A DNA stretch of 56,911 bases from a virus (Duplodnaviria > Caudoviricetes). Of the stretch, positions 19,830 through 29,019 are shown piece by piece (position 1 is the stretch's first letter; the number at the start of each line of letters is the position of its first letter). Both the position numbers and the translations under genes were made by a program. The notes beneath the pieces were generated by a model. That model was not told the DNA's origin. It did no database searches and saw only the letters and a program-made list of their open reading frames with translations. The stretch is from positions 1 through 56,911 of the IMG/VR virus record IMGVR_UViG_3300023179_000128, one strand, 5' to 3'.

Positions 19830-20909
19830 ATGAAATTAAGCACGTTATATAAACGAACCGTGAATGGTAAGGTATCTGAGTATACTATTGAAGTCAAGAA
19901 CAATTGTTTTAGAACAATAACTGGTTATATAGATGGTATCAAAACAACATCCGAATGGACATGTTGTGAAGCTAAAAATGTAGGTAAGAAAAACTCAACC
20001 ACATCTGAAGAACAAGCCACATCTGAAGCTAAAGCAATGCATCGTAAACGTATTGAGTTAGGTTCATTTGAAAATATTAAAGACATAGACAAGCCAGTTC
20101 ATTTTAAACCAATGCTTGCTCATGACTACAATGATTATAAGGATAAAATTGCATATCCAATTTACTCACAACCAAAATTAGATGGAGTCAGATGTATAAT
20201 AAGATCAGATGGTATGTGGTCTAGAAATGGTAAACAAATCATTTCAGCACCCCATATATTTGAATCACTAAAACCACTATTTGAACATGATCCACATTTA
20301 GTATTAGATGGAGAGTTATATGCTAATGGTGATGTAGCTGATTTTAACACAATTATATCTTGTGTTCGGAAAACAAAACCAACTAAAGCGGATTTAGAAA
20401 CATCTAAGAAGATACAATATTGGATTTATGATATACCAAGTGACAATAATGTGTTTACTAAACGCTTTAAGACGTTAAATAAACTAAAATTACCTGAATG
20501 TTGTATTGTGGTACAGACAGATCAAGTTGATAATAGTAATGATATAGCGGCTTACTATTCTGATTATATGAGTAGTGGGTTTGAAGGACAAATGTTAAGA
20601 ACTGATTCATATTATGAAAATAAACGCTCTAAAGGTTTATTAAAACATAAAACATTTGAGGACGCTGAATTTGAAATATTAGGTATTGAAGAAGGTAAAG
20701 GTAAATTAGCTGGTAAAGTAGGTAAACTACAATTTGAAATTAATGGCAAACCATTTGATTCAGCTGTTAATGGTGATCATGAATATTTAGAACAATTATT
20801 CACAACAGGTAATTTAATTGGTAAGAAAGCAACTGTTAAGTATTTTGAATTAACTGAAGATGGATTGCCTCGTTTTCCTAAAGTGATAGCAATTAGAGAT
20901 TTTGAATAA
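19830..20909 (+). CDS. ATP-dependent DNA ligase
   Basis: KPMLA, QPKLDGVR (active Lys), LDGELY, FEGQMLR, LLKHK, PRFP. Confidence 0.95.
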   Translation: MKLSTLYKRTVNGKVSEYTIEVKNNCFRTITGYIDGIKTTSEWTCCEAKNVGKKNSTTSEEQATSEAKAMHRKRIELGSFENIKDIDKPVHFKPMLAHDYNDYKDKIAYPIYSQPKLDGVRCIIRSDGMWSRNGKQIISAPHIFESLKPLFEHDPHLVLDGELYANGDVADFNTIISCVRKTKPTKADLETSKKIQYWIYDIPSDNNVFTKRFKTLNKLKLPECCIVVQTDQVDNSNDIAAYYSDYMSSGFEGQMLRTDSYYENKRSKGLLKHKTFEDAEFEILGIEEGKGKLAGKVGKLQFEINGKPFDSAVNGDHEYLEQLFTTGNLIGKKATVKYFELTEDGLPRFPKVIAIRDFE

Positions 20910-20935
20910 TGACCTTAATTAGGTTATTATATTTA
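20910..20935 (+). promoter_or_regulatory. TGACC-N13-TAWMTTTA element
   Basis: TGACC ttaattaggttat TATATTTA. Confidence 0.75.
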
Positions 20936-20955
20936 ATTAAATAAAAATAAAGGTT

Positions 20956-21387
20956 ATGCTGTGGCAAGTAGATATTGTATATGATGATGGTCGTTCAACA
21001 AGTGAATTAGTTCATTCAACAGAACCAATTACATTATTTCCTAAACGTGATGGTATTAAATCATCTATGGTTAGTAGATTTTCTTATGAAGTAGAATATC
21101 ATATAGCACCAACATTATTTAACGCTAATGGTAAACGATATATTATTCCAATGTGGCAGGAAGTTCATCCTGATACTGGATTTGAAGATCTAAAATGGAT
21201 TAGGCCAGTTATTAAAGAAAAGAAAATAACTGAAAAAATACAAGGTAGTATGGGTGAATATAAAACCACATATGATCCAAGTAAGAAAACTTATAAGTGT
21301 ACATGTATGGGATTTTGGAGAAGTAAAGGTAATTGTAAACATGTTAAAGCACTTAGAGAAAAGAATTTGGCTACTAAAGTTAAATAA
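20956..21387 (+). CDS. SWIM zinc-finger protein
   Basis: CTC...CKH. Confidence 0.8.
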   Translation: MLWQVDIVYDDGRSTSELVHSTEPITLFPKRDGIKSSMVSRFSYEVEYHIAPTLFNANGKRYIIPMWQEVHPDTGFEDLKWIRPVIKEKKITEKIQGSMGEYKTTYDPSKKTYKCTCMGFWRSKGNCKHVKALREKNLATKVK

Positions 21388-21401
21388 CTTAAATTTAATA
21401 T

Positions 21402-21686
21402 ATGAGTGAAATATTTTTAGGTAACGGAAGTAATCTTACAATTCAAACATCTAAGAATGTTGAATTAAGAGAAACATTAGAATTAAAGGTATGGGGTGAA
21501 GAGCATGGTTCTTACTCTTTAGATGTAAAAATTATAGCTGACTTTGACTCAATACCAGAAAAGTATCATGAGATATTTCTTAATATGATGACTTCAAAGT
21601 ATTATGGTAGAACATCATTTGGTGATAATCCATTTAGTAAGTGTGTTCCTCCTAAAATAAAAAAATGGTATCAATTTTGGAAGTAA
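21402..21686 (+). CDS. Hypothetical protein
   Basis: ORF ending KKWYQFWK; TTGG-N19-TAAATTTA upstream. Confidence 0.65.
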   Translation: MSEIFLGNGSNLTIQTSKNVELRETLELKVWGEEHGSYSLDVKIIADFDSIPEKYHEIFLNMMTSKYYGRTSFGDNPFSKCVPPKIKKWYQFWK

Positions 21687-21699
21687 AATAAATATTTAT

Positions 21700-21912
21700 A
21701 TGAAATTAGAAGAAACAGTTATTAAATTATTAATTGAAACATTCGCAGATGAATGTCTTGAAGAAATTAATAAAATGAAACATCCAGAAGTGACTGATGT
21801 TTTTAATTTTGGGTTAGGCTCAGCAGACGCGGCTGTTAGAAGAGTAAAAACAAAATGGATTGAAAAATTAAAAAAACAAAACGAAGAAAATGTTAACAAT
21901 AAAATATTTTAG
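21700..21912 (+). CDS. Hypothetical protein
   Basis: Packed ORF. Confidence 0.6.
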   Translation: MKLEETVIKLLIETFADECLEEINKMKHPEVTDVFNFGLGSADAAVRRVKTKWIEKLKKQNEENVNNKIF

Positions 21913-22144
21913 TGCCCCATGGTGTGGTCCTTGCAAAATGTTTGGACCAACAGTAGATAAAGTATCAATGGAAACCGGAGTAATGGTTAGTAAAATTGAT
22001 GTTGATATTAGTAGAGATTTAGCTATACAACATAGTGTATCAAGTGTTCCAACATTAATATTTGAGCGTGATGGAGTAGTTGTACATAGACATACAGGAG
22101 TAATGTCATTTAATCAATTAAAAGACGCCGTTAACAGGTATTAA
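21890..22144 (+). CDS. Thioredoxin
   Basis: FSAPWCGPCK, SVPT. Confidence 0.92.
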   Translation: MLTIKYFSAPWCGPCKMFGPTVDKVSMETGVMVSKIDVDISRDLAIQHSVSSVPTLIFERDGVVVHRHTGVMSFNQLKDAVNRY

Positions 22145-22175
22145 TTGGTTGACCCGGGTTCTCATGCTATCTTTA
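22145..22175 (+). promoter_or_regulatory. TGACC-N13-TAWMTTTA element
   Basis: TTGGT TGACC cgggttctcatgc TATCTTTA. Confidence 0.75.
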
Positions 22176-22198
22176 ATTATAAATAAAAATTAAAAAAT

Positions 22199-22441
22199 AT
22201 GGGAAGACATGTAAATTACGCAGACGAGCAAGATCGTTGGTTGAACAAAGCGGATAAAATTAACCGCAACAACAGACAAAGAGAAATACCTTTGGAGGAC
22301 CGAGACCCAGGTACATTAAGTTTACTTGAACAGATGGAGTTAGTTAAACGACGTCATGTAATTGAGAAACAAAAAGCCGAAATCGAAGCCCAAAAAGCTA
22401 AAACCAAACAAACTTATTTTAGTCATTACAGACCTAAATAA
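22199..22441 (+). CDS. Hypothetical early protein
   Basis: Downstream of TGACC element. Confidence 0.7.
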   Translation: MGRHVNYADEQDRWLNKADKINRNNRQREIPLEDRDPGTLSLLEQMELVKRRHVIEKQKAEIEAQKAKTKQTYFSHYRPK

Positions 22442-22444
22442 GGT

Positions 22445-22470
22445 TGACCCGGATTTGGTTACTATATTTA
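22445..22470 (+). promoter_or_regulatory. TGACC-N13-TAWMTTTA element
   Basis: TGACC cggatttggttac TATATTTA. Confidence 0.75.
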
Positions 22471-22499
22471 ATTATAAATAAAAAATAAAAATAAAGGTT

Positions 22500-23291
22500 A
22501 TGAAAAACGTATTTACAGAAATGTCAATGGAGGACATTAAAAACTCAGCTCCATCAATTTTTCAGAAAAACCAAAAATCAGGTTTGAGTGAACATTATGT
22601 TCATATTCCAACTGATATGGTTATTAAAGACATGATTCAACTAGGTTGGAAACCATGTCAAGCGGTTGAAATTAAAGCCCGTAAGAAAAATACAATGGGT
22701 TATCAACGTCACATGATTAAGTTTTTTAATCCAGACATTACTATTGAAGGTGATAATGGTGATAATGTGTTTCCACAAATCCTATTAACAAATAGTCATG
22801 ATGGTTTAAGTTCATTTAAATTTCAAATTGGTTTGTTCCGTTTAGTATGTTCAAATGGAATGGTTGTTTGTGATACCAATTATGGTGACTTTAAATTACG
22901 TCACATGGGTTACACATTTAGTGAACTACAAACAAAAATTAATGAAGCAGTTGAATCGTTCCCAGGTCTGGTAAAAAAGATTAATGAGTTTCAAAATATT
23001 GAGTTGAGTGATATTCAAATAACTGAATTTGCTGGTAAAGCAGCTATGATTCGTTTTGGTGAAAATGTAGCCGTTGATTTAGATGAATTGTTACATGTTG
23101 AGCGTAATGAAGATGCTGGTAATAACTTATGGGTTGTATTCAACCGAGTTCAAGAAAAATTGATTACTGGTGGTTGTAGCTACCGAATGGGAGCTAAGAT
23201 GCGTAAAGCTAGAGCCGTTAAGAATTTTAGCCAAGATCTAAAGATCAATGAGGCGTTATGGGAATTAGCTGAAGAGTATGTTAGCTGTTAA
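22500..23291 (+). CDS. DUF932 (DUF945) family protein
   Basis: SEHYVHIPT, LTNSHDGLSSF, GLFRLVCSNGMV, NLWVVFNRVQE. Confidence 0.85.
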   Translation: MKNVFTEMSMEDIKNSAPSIFQKNQKSGLSEHYVHIPTDMVIKDMIQLGWKPCQAVEIKARKKNTMGYQRHMIKFFNPDITIEGDNGDNVFPQILLTNSHDGLSSFKFQIGLFRLVCSNGMVVCDTNYGDFKLRHMGYTFSELQTKINEAVESFPGLVKKINEFQNIELSDIQITEFAGKAAMIRFGENVAVDLDELLHVERNEDAGNNLWVVFNRVQEKLITGGCSYRMGAKMRKARAVKNFSQDLKINEALWELAEEYVSC

Positions 23292-23298
23292 TTAAATT

Positions 23299-23323
23299 GG
23301 GGGGTAATATCCCCCCGTTATTT
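23299..23323 (+). terminator. Probable intrinsic terminator
   Basis: GGGGGG-TAATAT-CCCCCC then GTTATTT, 7 nt after stop. Confidence 0.65.
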
Positions 23324-23339
23324 AAAATATTTATAGGAA

Positions 23340-23633
23340 ATGAACGCTATGGTATTTAAATTTGACTCTCTTAACAATGTTAAGTCGGCGGTGGAGAATA
23401 AAGATATAAATATATCCATTGAGGTATATAAGCAGATAAAAAAAGCGTTCTACAGTAAGGTAAAGCGTAATAAAGTAATAGCATTTTCTATCCAGTTGAA
23501 AGACAATATAGTTGACTTTGAACTAGGTAGGGACCAGTGGAAACAATCACTTACAACATGTATGGATGTATTTGCTGTAAATGATATGTTTGAGGAGTGT
23601 ATTGAAATACAAAAAATATTAAAAGAATTATAA
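23340..23633 (+). CDS. Hypothetical protein, paralog of 18420-18737
   Basis: QWKQSLTTC...DMFEECIEIQK. Confidence 0.6.
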   Translation: MNAMVFKFDSLNNVKSAVENKDINISIEVYKQIKKAFYSKVKRNKVIAFSIQLKDNIVDFELGRDQWKQSLTTCMDVFAVNDMFEECIEIQKILKEL

Positions 23634-23634
23634 T

Positions 23635-24024
23635 ATGAACAAGATAGAGATAAGTAGACAAAACGCGGTTAGAGTATTTGAATGGTGTAAAAAAACATTC
23701 GGTGTTAGTACTATAAATGGAGCTTATCCTAAATTAGTGTTTCATAGAGTAGGTAATAATGTAGCTGGATATTATGATCCATGGAAAAATGAGATACATG
23801 TATTTAAAGCTAAACACAGAACGTTTATGGGGTTCATAGGAACTATTATTCATGAGTTTACCCATTATCATCAAAGTGTAAAACGACAATATCAAAAATT
23901 AAATAAAATATATAGTTATAAAAATCATCCACTAGAACGTGAAGCTAATAAAATGGAAAGAAAATATAAGTGGATGTGTTATTATGAAGTTTTTAGCCCT
24001 AATGAGGCAATGCAAGATATTTAA
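23635..24024 (+). CDS. Zinc metallopeptidase-like (HExxH) protein
   Basis: AGYYD, TIIHEFTHYHQ, HPLEREA. Confidence 0.75.
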   Translation: MNKIEISRQNAVRVFEWCKKTFGVSTINGAYPKLVFHRVGNNVAGYYDPWKNEIHVFKAKHRTFMGFIGTIIHEFTHYHQSVKRQYQKLNKIYSYKNHPLEREANKMERKYKWMCYYEVFSPNEAMQDI

Positions 24025-24052
24025 GATTTCATACTTTTAATTTTTATTTACC

Positions 24053-24083
24053 GCCCAGGTGTGTCTACACCAGGGCTTTTCTT
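24053..24083 (+). terminator. Intrinsic terminator
   Basis: GCCCAGGTGT-GTCT-ACACCAGGGC then TTTTCTT. Confidence 0.8.
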
Positions 24084-24110
24084 ATCTATATTTATATAAA
24101 ACTTTATCTA

Positions 24111-24464
24111 ATGAAAAAGAATCCATTTGAAAAATTCGCTGATAGATTACTTAATACAAAAGATAAAGGTGAAGCACTTAAAAAATATAATATTGATTTA
24201 AATGGAGTGTTAGGTGGAGGAATTGATAATGAAGAAATACAACATAATGAAAATAGAAAACTAGTTGGCTTAACTAAAACATGTTTATTAAACCAATTAC
24301 ATTTCTGGATAAATAAATCAGGTGACCATTCATCTCGTATCGCTTACATGGAACGAGATATTAAAACAGCTAGTAATATATGTGAACGTATTAATAAGAA
24401 AACATATGTGAAATCTGATATAGATACGTTAAAATCAATACTTCGTAAACATAGTTGTATTTGA
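24111..24464 (+). CDS. Hypothetical protein
   Basis: ORF after TATTTATA motif. Confidence 0.65.
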   Translation: MKKNPFEKFADRLLNTKDKGEALKKYNIDLNGVLGGGIDNEEIQHNENRKLVGLTKTCLLNQLHFWINKSGDHSSRIAYMERDIKTASNICERINKKTYVKSDIDTLKSILRKHSCI

Positions 24465-24491
24465 TTGACCCGGGCTCCCTTACTATCTTTA
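24461..24491 (+). promoter_or_regulatory. TGACC-N13-TAWMTTTA element
   Basis: TTGAT TGACC cgggctcccttac TATCTTTA. Confidence 0.75.
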
Positions 24492-24515
24492 TTATATAAG
24501 AAAATAAAGAAAGTC

Positions 24516-24785
24516 ATGAATAGCAAAAACATAAATAGAGCAATTAAATTACAAACCACAATTAATAACCAAATTGAAAGTAAAGGAATTGCTGATATTG
24601 AGTTGGTTGATGATTTAAACAATTTACTTGAGTCACTTAATTCTCATGAATGTGAATTATTATGTGAATGGTATAATAAACAACCTAAACATAATGAAGA
24701 AGATGAATATGTTCAGATGGAGATTGACCATTTGAGAGAACAAGAAGCTCAAGAAGCAATATTGGCTCAATGGGACATGGCTTAA
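24516..24785 (+). CDS. Acidic hypothetical early protein
   Basis: Likely start ATG 24516; the track start 24465 lies in the promoter element. Confidence 0.7.
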   Translation: MNSKNINRAIKLQTTINNQIESKGIADIELVDDLNNLLESLNSHECELLCEWYNKQPKHNEEDEYVQMEIDHLREQEAQEAILAQWDMA

Positions 24786-24786
24786 T

Positions 24787-24812
24787 TGACCTGAACTCAA
24801 TTACTATATTTA
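24787..24812 (+). promoter_or_regulatory. TGACC-N13-TAWMTTTA element
   Basis: TGACC tgaactcaattac TATATTTA. Confidence 0.75.
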
Positions 24813-24835
24813 ATTATAATAAAAAATAAAAGGTT

Positions 24836-25705
24836 ATGAACACAAAACAGGTTTTGTATAATGCAATCGCAGCTCAGTTAGAAGCTAAAAAAATCGAAGC
24901 AGAAAAATATAGTACTGAAGTATATGAAACTGCTTTAACAGATCTAAAGAGTGAAGTATTAAACTATTTCACAGACAAAGTAAAGAATTTTGAAACATTT
25001 AATTTTAATGGAAGTAGTATTCGTTTAGAAATGGGTTCTAGTTGGCATAATAAAGTTGAAATATTAGTAAGTAATTCTTGGGATGATGGTGCTAAAGCAA
25101 TTAGGGATATTAAAATGGAATGGAATAGTGGTAATATTTCTAATAAAAATAATAAAGGATATGATTATTTAAATCTAATACAAGCTGTTTATACTAATTT
25201 TAAAGAAATCACAGATAATTATCTAAATAATTGGTATCCAACTTATAAAGATATTGAAAAAAATAATAACGACGCTTGGAGTGAGCATAATGATTTAAAA
25301 CAAGCACTAGATAATCTAAGTAAAGAAATTAAACAAGATAGTACTGATGCTATGAAAAAGATTGGTTTTGAAGTTAAGAAATTTAAAGATGATACTCATC
25401 TTGATTGGAACTATAAAGATAGTGATCGTGTTTATACTATTATAACTAGTTCAAAAAGTATTAAATTACAACACGGTCGTTCACAATATGATACAACATA
25501 TGTTGAGGGTTTTAAAGTATTAGGTAAAAAGGGAAATAAATATAGTGTTGAGATTTATAGAGAAGGAACACCAGCTAGAACGTATGATATATTAGAAAAG
25601 AAATTTGAATCGTTTATTGAAGATGCTAGTAGATGGGAATATGAAGAAGCAGATAGACGTAGTAAAAAAGTTAAACATGACTTTGAAGAACGTGCTAAAA
25701 AATAA
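24836..25705 (+). CDS. Hypothetical early protein
   Basis: 289-aa ORF after TGACC element. Confidence 0.75.
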   Translation: MNTKQVLYNAIAAQLEAKKIEAEKYSTEVYETALTDLKSEVLNYFTDKVKNFETFNFNGSSIRLEMGSSWHNKVEILVSNSWDDGAKAIRDIKMEWNSGNISNKNNKGYDYLNLIQAVYTNFKEITDNYLNNWYPTYKDIEKNNNDAWSEHNDLKQALDNLSKEIKQDSTDAMKKIGFEVKKFKDDTHLDWNYKDSDRVYTIITSSKSIKLQHGRSQYDTTYVEGFKVLGKKGNKYSVEIYREGTPARTYDILEKKFESFIEDASRWEYEEADRRSKKVKHDFEERAKK

Positions 25706-25741
25706 TTTGTTAACCTAAACTAAAATCACTATATTAATCAT

Positions 25742-26026
25742 ATGGCTAAAAGATCAACACCAGAAATAATAGTGAGAACAATAATAGATAAAATGTTCGA
25801 AATAGCAGGTCATAATGTTGTTTATGATGATATAGTAGGTAGACAAGACGCTTGGTATCAAGAATGGACAATGACTGAAGCACAGAATAAAGAATGGATG
25901 GATTGGATGGAGAAATATTTTAAAAAAGAATGTAAATATTATGTTAAAGTAGCAAAAACAGAAGCAGCAATGTGTTCGTTAATGTGGGGTTTAAAAATTA
26001 GTGATTTAAAACAAAAAGATAAATAA
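25742..26026 (+). CDS. Hypothetical protein
   Basis: ORF with variant promoter upstream (TTGT 25707, TATATTAA 25730). Confidence 0.7.
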   Translation: MAKRSTPEIIVRTIIDKMFEIAGHNVVYDDIVGRQDAWYQEWTMTEAQNKEWMDWMEKYFKKECKYYVKVAKTEAAMCSLMWGLKISDLKQKDK

Positions 26027-26027
26027 T

Positions 26028-26183
26028 ATGATAAAGAATATATTAAAACAAATGTGGGAACACAAATTAGGAACGTTTGTATTGTTAGCAGGATGTTTTA
26101 TGATGGTAGCGGGTGATTTAATTATTGGTTGCGTACTTCTAAGTATTAGCTTACCATTATTTGATAACGATGACAAAAATTAA
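26028..26183 (+). CDS. Small membrane protein (51 aa), missing from ORF track
   Basis: MIKNILKQMWEHKLGTFVLLAGCFMMVAGDLIIGCVLLSISLPLFDNDDKN*. Confidence 0.65.
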   Translation: MIKNILKQMWEHKLGTFVLLAGCFMMVAGDLIIGCVLLSISLPLFDNDDKN

Positions 26184-26188
26184 TTATT

Positions 26189-26320
26189 ATGAATAACGAA
26201 AATCAAGGTAGAAATAATAAAAGAATAGAACGTAATACTAAAGTAGCCGTGTGGGCTGTTTGGGGATTGTTTATTACATTTATTATTTTAATGACATTAA
26301 GCGCATTTAATATTCTATAA
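26189..26320 (+). CDS. Small membrane protein (43 aa), missing from ORF track
   Basis: MNNENQGRNNKRIERNTKVAVWAVWGLFITFIILMTLSAFNIL*. Confidence 0.6.
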   Translation: MNNENQGRNNKRIERNTKVAVWAVWGLFITFIILMTLSAFNIL

Positions 26321-26580
26321 TGAGAGGTAGACCAAAAGAAATAATACAAGAACCTAAACCAACAAAATTCATCCGTATATACGAAGATGATGAAATGGTT
26401 GAGACTTGGAAATTTGACTTGAAAAAGTTTGATAAGGGACCTATAGAAGTAGATATAAAGTATAAGGCGGGAGCGGAAAAAGCAATTAAACAACGAGCTA
26501 AAGACGCTAAACAGCAAAAGCGAACCGCTCGTCAAATGAAAAAAATTAATGAGGTACAAGCAAATAAACGTAAAAAATAA
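26320..26580 (+). CDS. Basic hypothetical protein with N-terminal RGRPK (AT-hook-like)
   Basis: MRGRPKE. Confidence 0.6.
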   Translation: MRGRPKEIIQEPKPTKFIRIYEDDEMVETWKFDLKKFDKGPIEVDIKYKAGAEKAIKQRAKDAKQQKRTARQMKKINEVQANKRKK

Positions 26581-26586
26581 ATAGTT

Positions 26587-26964
26587 ATGATACCAAGTTT
26601 TCAATCACCAGAGGAGTATTTACATTTATTGATAAAAATATTACTTGAAAGTGAAAAAACAATACCAGAAGATCAACAAATGCCAATTAATTTGCTAACT
26701 TACTTAACAGAACATATTGAAACATTAGTTGAAACAAAATGGAACGGTTATTTAGTTGGTAAAGAAGAAACGTTCATGTTAAGTGAAGGTGAAATGGAAA
26801 TGTGCTTTAATAAAGCAGGCGAACAATACACCAGTGATGTAGTTGATGATTTAGTTGATAAGGATATGTTAGATACGTTTGTAGGTGAGGATGGTGAAAT
26901 ATTATATGGACTAAGCGAATTAGGTAAAAAGATATCAAGCAAATTAAAAGACAATGATAAGTAA
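26587..26964 (+). CDS. Acidic hypothetical protein
   Basis: Packed ORF. Confidence 0.7.
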   Translation: MIPSFQSPEEYLHLLIKILLESEKTIPEDQQMPINLLTYLTEHIETLVETKWNGYLVGKEETFMLSEGEMEMCFNKAGEQYTSDVVDDLVDKDMLDTFVGEDGEILYGLSELGKKISSKLKDNDK

Positions 26965-27018
26965 TTGGCAAGAGTATATAGAATACTATTATAAATTAAT
27001 GAGACAATCAGGACATCA

Positions 27019-27324
27019 ATGAGTAAGTCAAAGAATACAATAACAGGAACGGTAAGCAATACAATAACAACAACAGGTACTCCAATTTATAATACAACAT
27101 CGGGTACAACAACAAATACAACTATAGTATCTAATCCATACTTGTATTCATCACCAATAATTGAACCAACACCATTTATGATAACGTTTGCTTGGGATGA
27201 TAAAGATGTTACAGTGAGTTTAAAAAACGGTAAAGATATATTTAAATTGGCTAGAATATTTACAGAAATATTAGATGCAAATAATGTAGAGTATAATATT
27301 AAAACAAATAAAAAACGTAAATAA
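27019..27324 (+). CDS. Hypothetical protein with Thr-rich N-terminus
   Basis: ORF track. Confidence 0.6.
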   Translation: MSKSKNTITGTVSNTITTTGTPIYNTTSGTTTNTTIVSNPYLYSSPIIEPTPFMITFAWDDKDVTVSLKNGKDIFKLARIFTEILDANNVEYNIKTNKKRK

Positions 27325-27329
27325 CGTAT

Positions 27330-27530
27330 ATGACAAGTCAAACTAAAAACAAAATCAAAGCAGCAGCAATTATAGCTACGATTGGTGTAGCTTTATATGC
27401 CGTGATTGGCATTATTAAATTTTTAGGTATCAAAGGTTTATTTGTACTAGGTGGACTATGGGGCGGACATAAGGTATGGAAATGGGTATACGAGGAACTA
27501 GAAAGAAAAGATAATAAAACGAATAAATAA
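27330..27530 (+). CDS. Small membrane protein
   Basis: Two hydrophobic segments. Confidence 0.65.
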   Translation: MTSQTKNKIKAAAIIATIGVALYAVIGIIKFLGIKGLFVLGGLWGGHKVWKWVYEELERKDNKTNK

Positions 27531-27545
27531 TAATCCAGGAACAAT

Positions 27546-27785
27546 ATGACAAAACTAACCAAACAACCATACGGCGAGACGATCATGATCAACCCACAGT
27601 ATGTGACGGTGATCGAGGAGATGGCTGACGGAACAAACATAAACATGATGATGGGCGGGACATGTTTGGTTAAGGAGTCGATAGATAAGGTATCAAAGTT
27701 AGTTAGTAACAGCGGGTGGATCACAACATACAATGTAAGTGACACGCAAACAAACGCGCGACAAACGCAAGATAATGCGTTATAA
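27546..27785 (+). CDS. FlbD-family-like small protein
   Basis: KLT...IMINPQYVTVIEE...GTNINM..G..LVKESIDKV pattern. Confidence 0.55.
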   Translation: MTKLTKQPYGETIMINPQYVTVIEEMADGTNINMMMGGTCLVKESIDKVSKLVSNSGWITTYNVSDTQTNARQTQDNAL

Positions 27786-28069
27786 CAAACGATTAAACGG
27801 ATGACAAACAGGTGGCGTATGGGAACAGTAATCGAGTTAAACGCGGGTATGGAGTGTATAGGACAAGTCAAATGCGCTATGGTAGGTGACAAGTTGAGGA
27901 GTGTGGGTGGCGTGGCACATGTCACATGTATGCCCCTTTTGTGGGTTAAACAAGCCTTCCCCAACACGGGACCTATATACTTATATATTTAAAGGTTTGG
28001 ATGCCTAAAAAAAAGATGTTATATTATATTATATAAAAAGTTTTAAAAACAAAACAAAAACAATTAGTT

Positions 28070-28303
28070 ATGAGTTACCAAACGAAGGTACGTGCGAATT
28101 ACCTTAACCGCACAGCAAAATTATCATTCTTTAACAACCGCAAACGCAATGGCGATGTAACCCGCATTGCAGATGAGACTGGATATTCAGTGTCTCACAT
28201 TTCAAATATGATCAGCGGTGTGCGTAGAGTAACTGATGTAGCAGCAAATGCTATGTACAATTTGACTCGCCGTCGTGTTAAGAACAGCGAATACTTCGCT
28301 TAA
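28070..28303 (+). CDS. Helix-turn-helix DNA-binding protein
   Basis: VTRIADETGYSVSHISNMISGVRR. Confidence 0.75.
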   Translation: MSYQTKVRANYLNRTAKLSFFNNRKRNGDVTRIADETGYSVSHISNMISGVRRVTDVAANAMYNLTRRRVKNSEYFA

Positions 28304-28306
28304 TCA

Positions 28307-28379
28307 GGTTACGTTAGACTGCCATGGGTTAGCGGCGCTCCGTTACGGAGTGGCCGCTTCCCTACTATGGTATGTGACC
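28307..28379 (+). other. 73-nt GC-rich multi-stem hairpin (terminator or ncRNA)
   Basis: Nested pairs GGTTAC/GTGACC, TGCCAT/ATGGTA, GGG/CCC, AGCGGC/GCCGCT, GCTCCG-TTA-CGGAGT. Confidence 0.7.
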
Positions 28380-28382
28380 CGT

Positions 28383-28489
28383 TTGATTGACCGGGACATG
28401 TTCAGTATCTTTATTATATAAGAAGAAACGGGAAACAGGTGATGAGGGGATAAAAGGATTGAATGACCGCGACTCACTTAGTATATTTA
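28383..28489 (+). promoter_or_regulatory. Tandem pair of TGACC elements, 76 bp apart
   Basis: TGACC at 28388 and 28464, boxes at 28406 and 28482. Confidence 0.75.
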
Positions 28490-28501
28490 AATATAAATAA
28501 A

Positions 28502-28948
28502 ATGACAGAAAATATGAACATGATTAAGAAAAACGAAAGTAAATTAGGTGGTGATGTGTTTTATGGTAACATCACAATTAACAATAACAACGTGATGGTG
28601 TCAGACCTTATTAAAAATGAGGAACACAACTTCCGTATGACAACTAAATGTAAAGCCGGGTTTCAGGTGATACGTGATTATAAGGGTACTGTTGAGGGAT
28701 TGATCGATTGTATGGGTAAACACACAACCGTAGTAGAATTAGAACGTAAACATGATAACGGTACATCAAGTTGGTTTCATGTATTCGCTACTAAGGGTAG
28801 TAAATGGTATACGATTGATAAAGCGATATTAGAAGCATTAACCGTAGGTGACATGCACCAGTCGTTCAGTAAAATGGTTGATTGGGCTATGTGGAAACAA
28901 TTGAACACTAAGACATGGGCGTCAATGGCATTTGTAATGAATAAATAA
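28502..28948 (+). CDS. Hypothetical early protein
   Basis: Start ATG 28502 or 28514 after tandem promoter. Confidence 0.7.
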   Translation: MTENMNMIKKNESKLGGDVFYGNITINNNNVMVSDLIKNEEHNFRMTTKCKAGFQVIRDYKGTVEGLIDCMGKHTTVVELERKHDNGTSSWFHVFATKGSKWYTIDKAILEALTVGDMHQSFSKMVDWAMWKQLNTKTWASMAFVMNK

Positions 28949-28949
28949 T

Positions 28950-28980
28950 TTGACTGACCGAACTAAACATAGTATATTTA
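28950..28980 (+). promoter_or_regulatory. TGACC-N13-TAWMTTTA element
   Basis: TTGAC TGACC gaactaaacatag TATATTTA. Confidence 0.75.
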
Positions 28981-29019
28981 ATTATAAATAAATAATAACA
29001 AAAAACAAAAATCAAGGTT

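Noticed and set aside
27801-27992. 63-aa ORF in the G-rich tract
   Set aside because: Atypical composition and no A-rich leader; more likely non-coding, though not excluded
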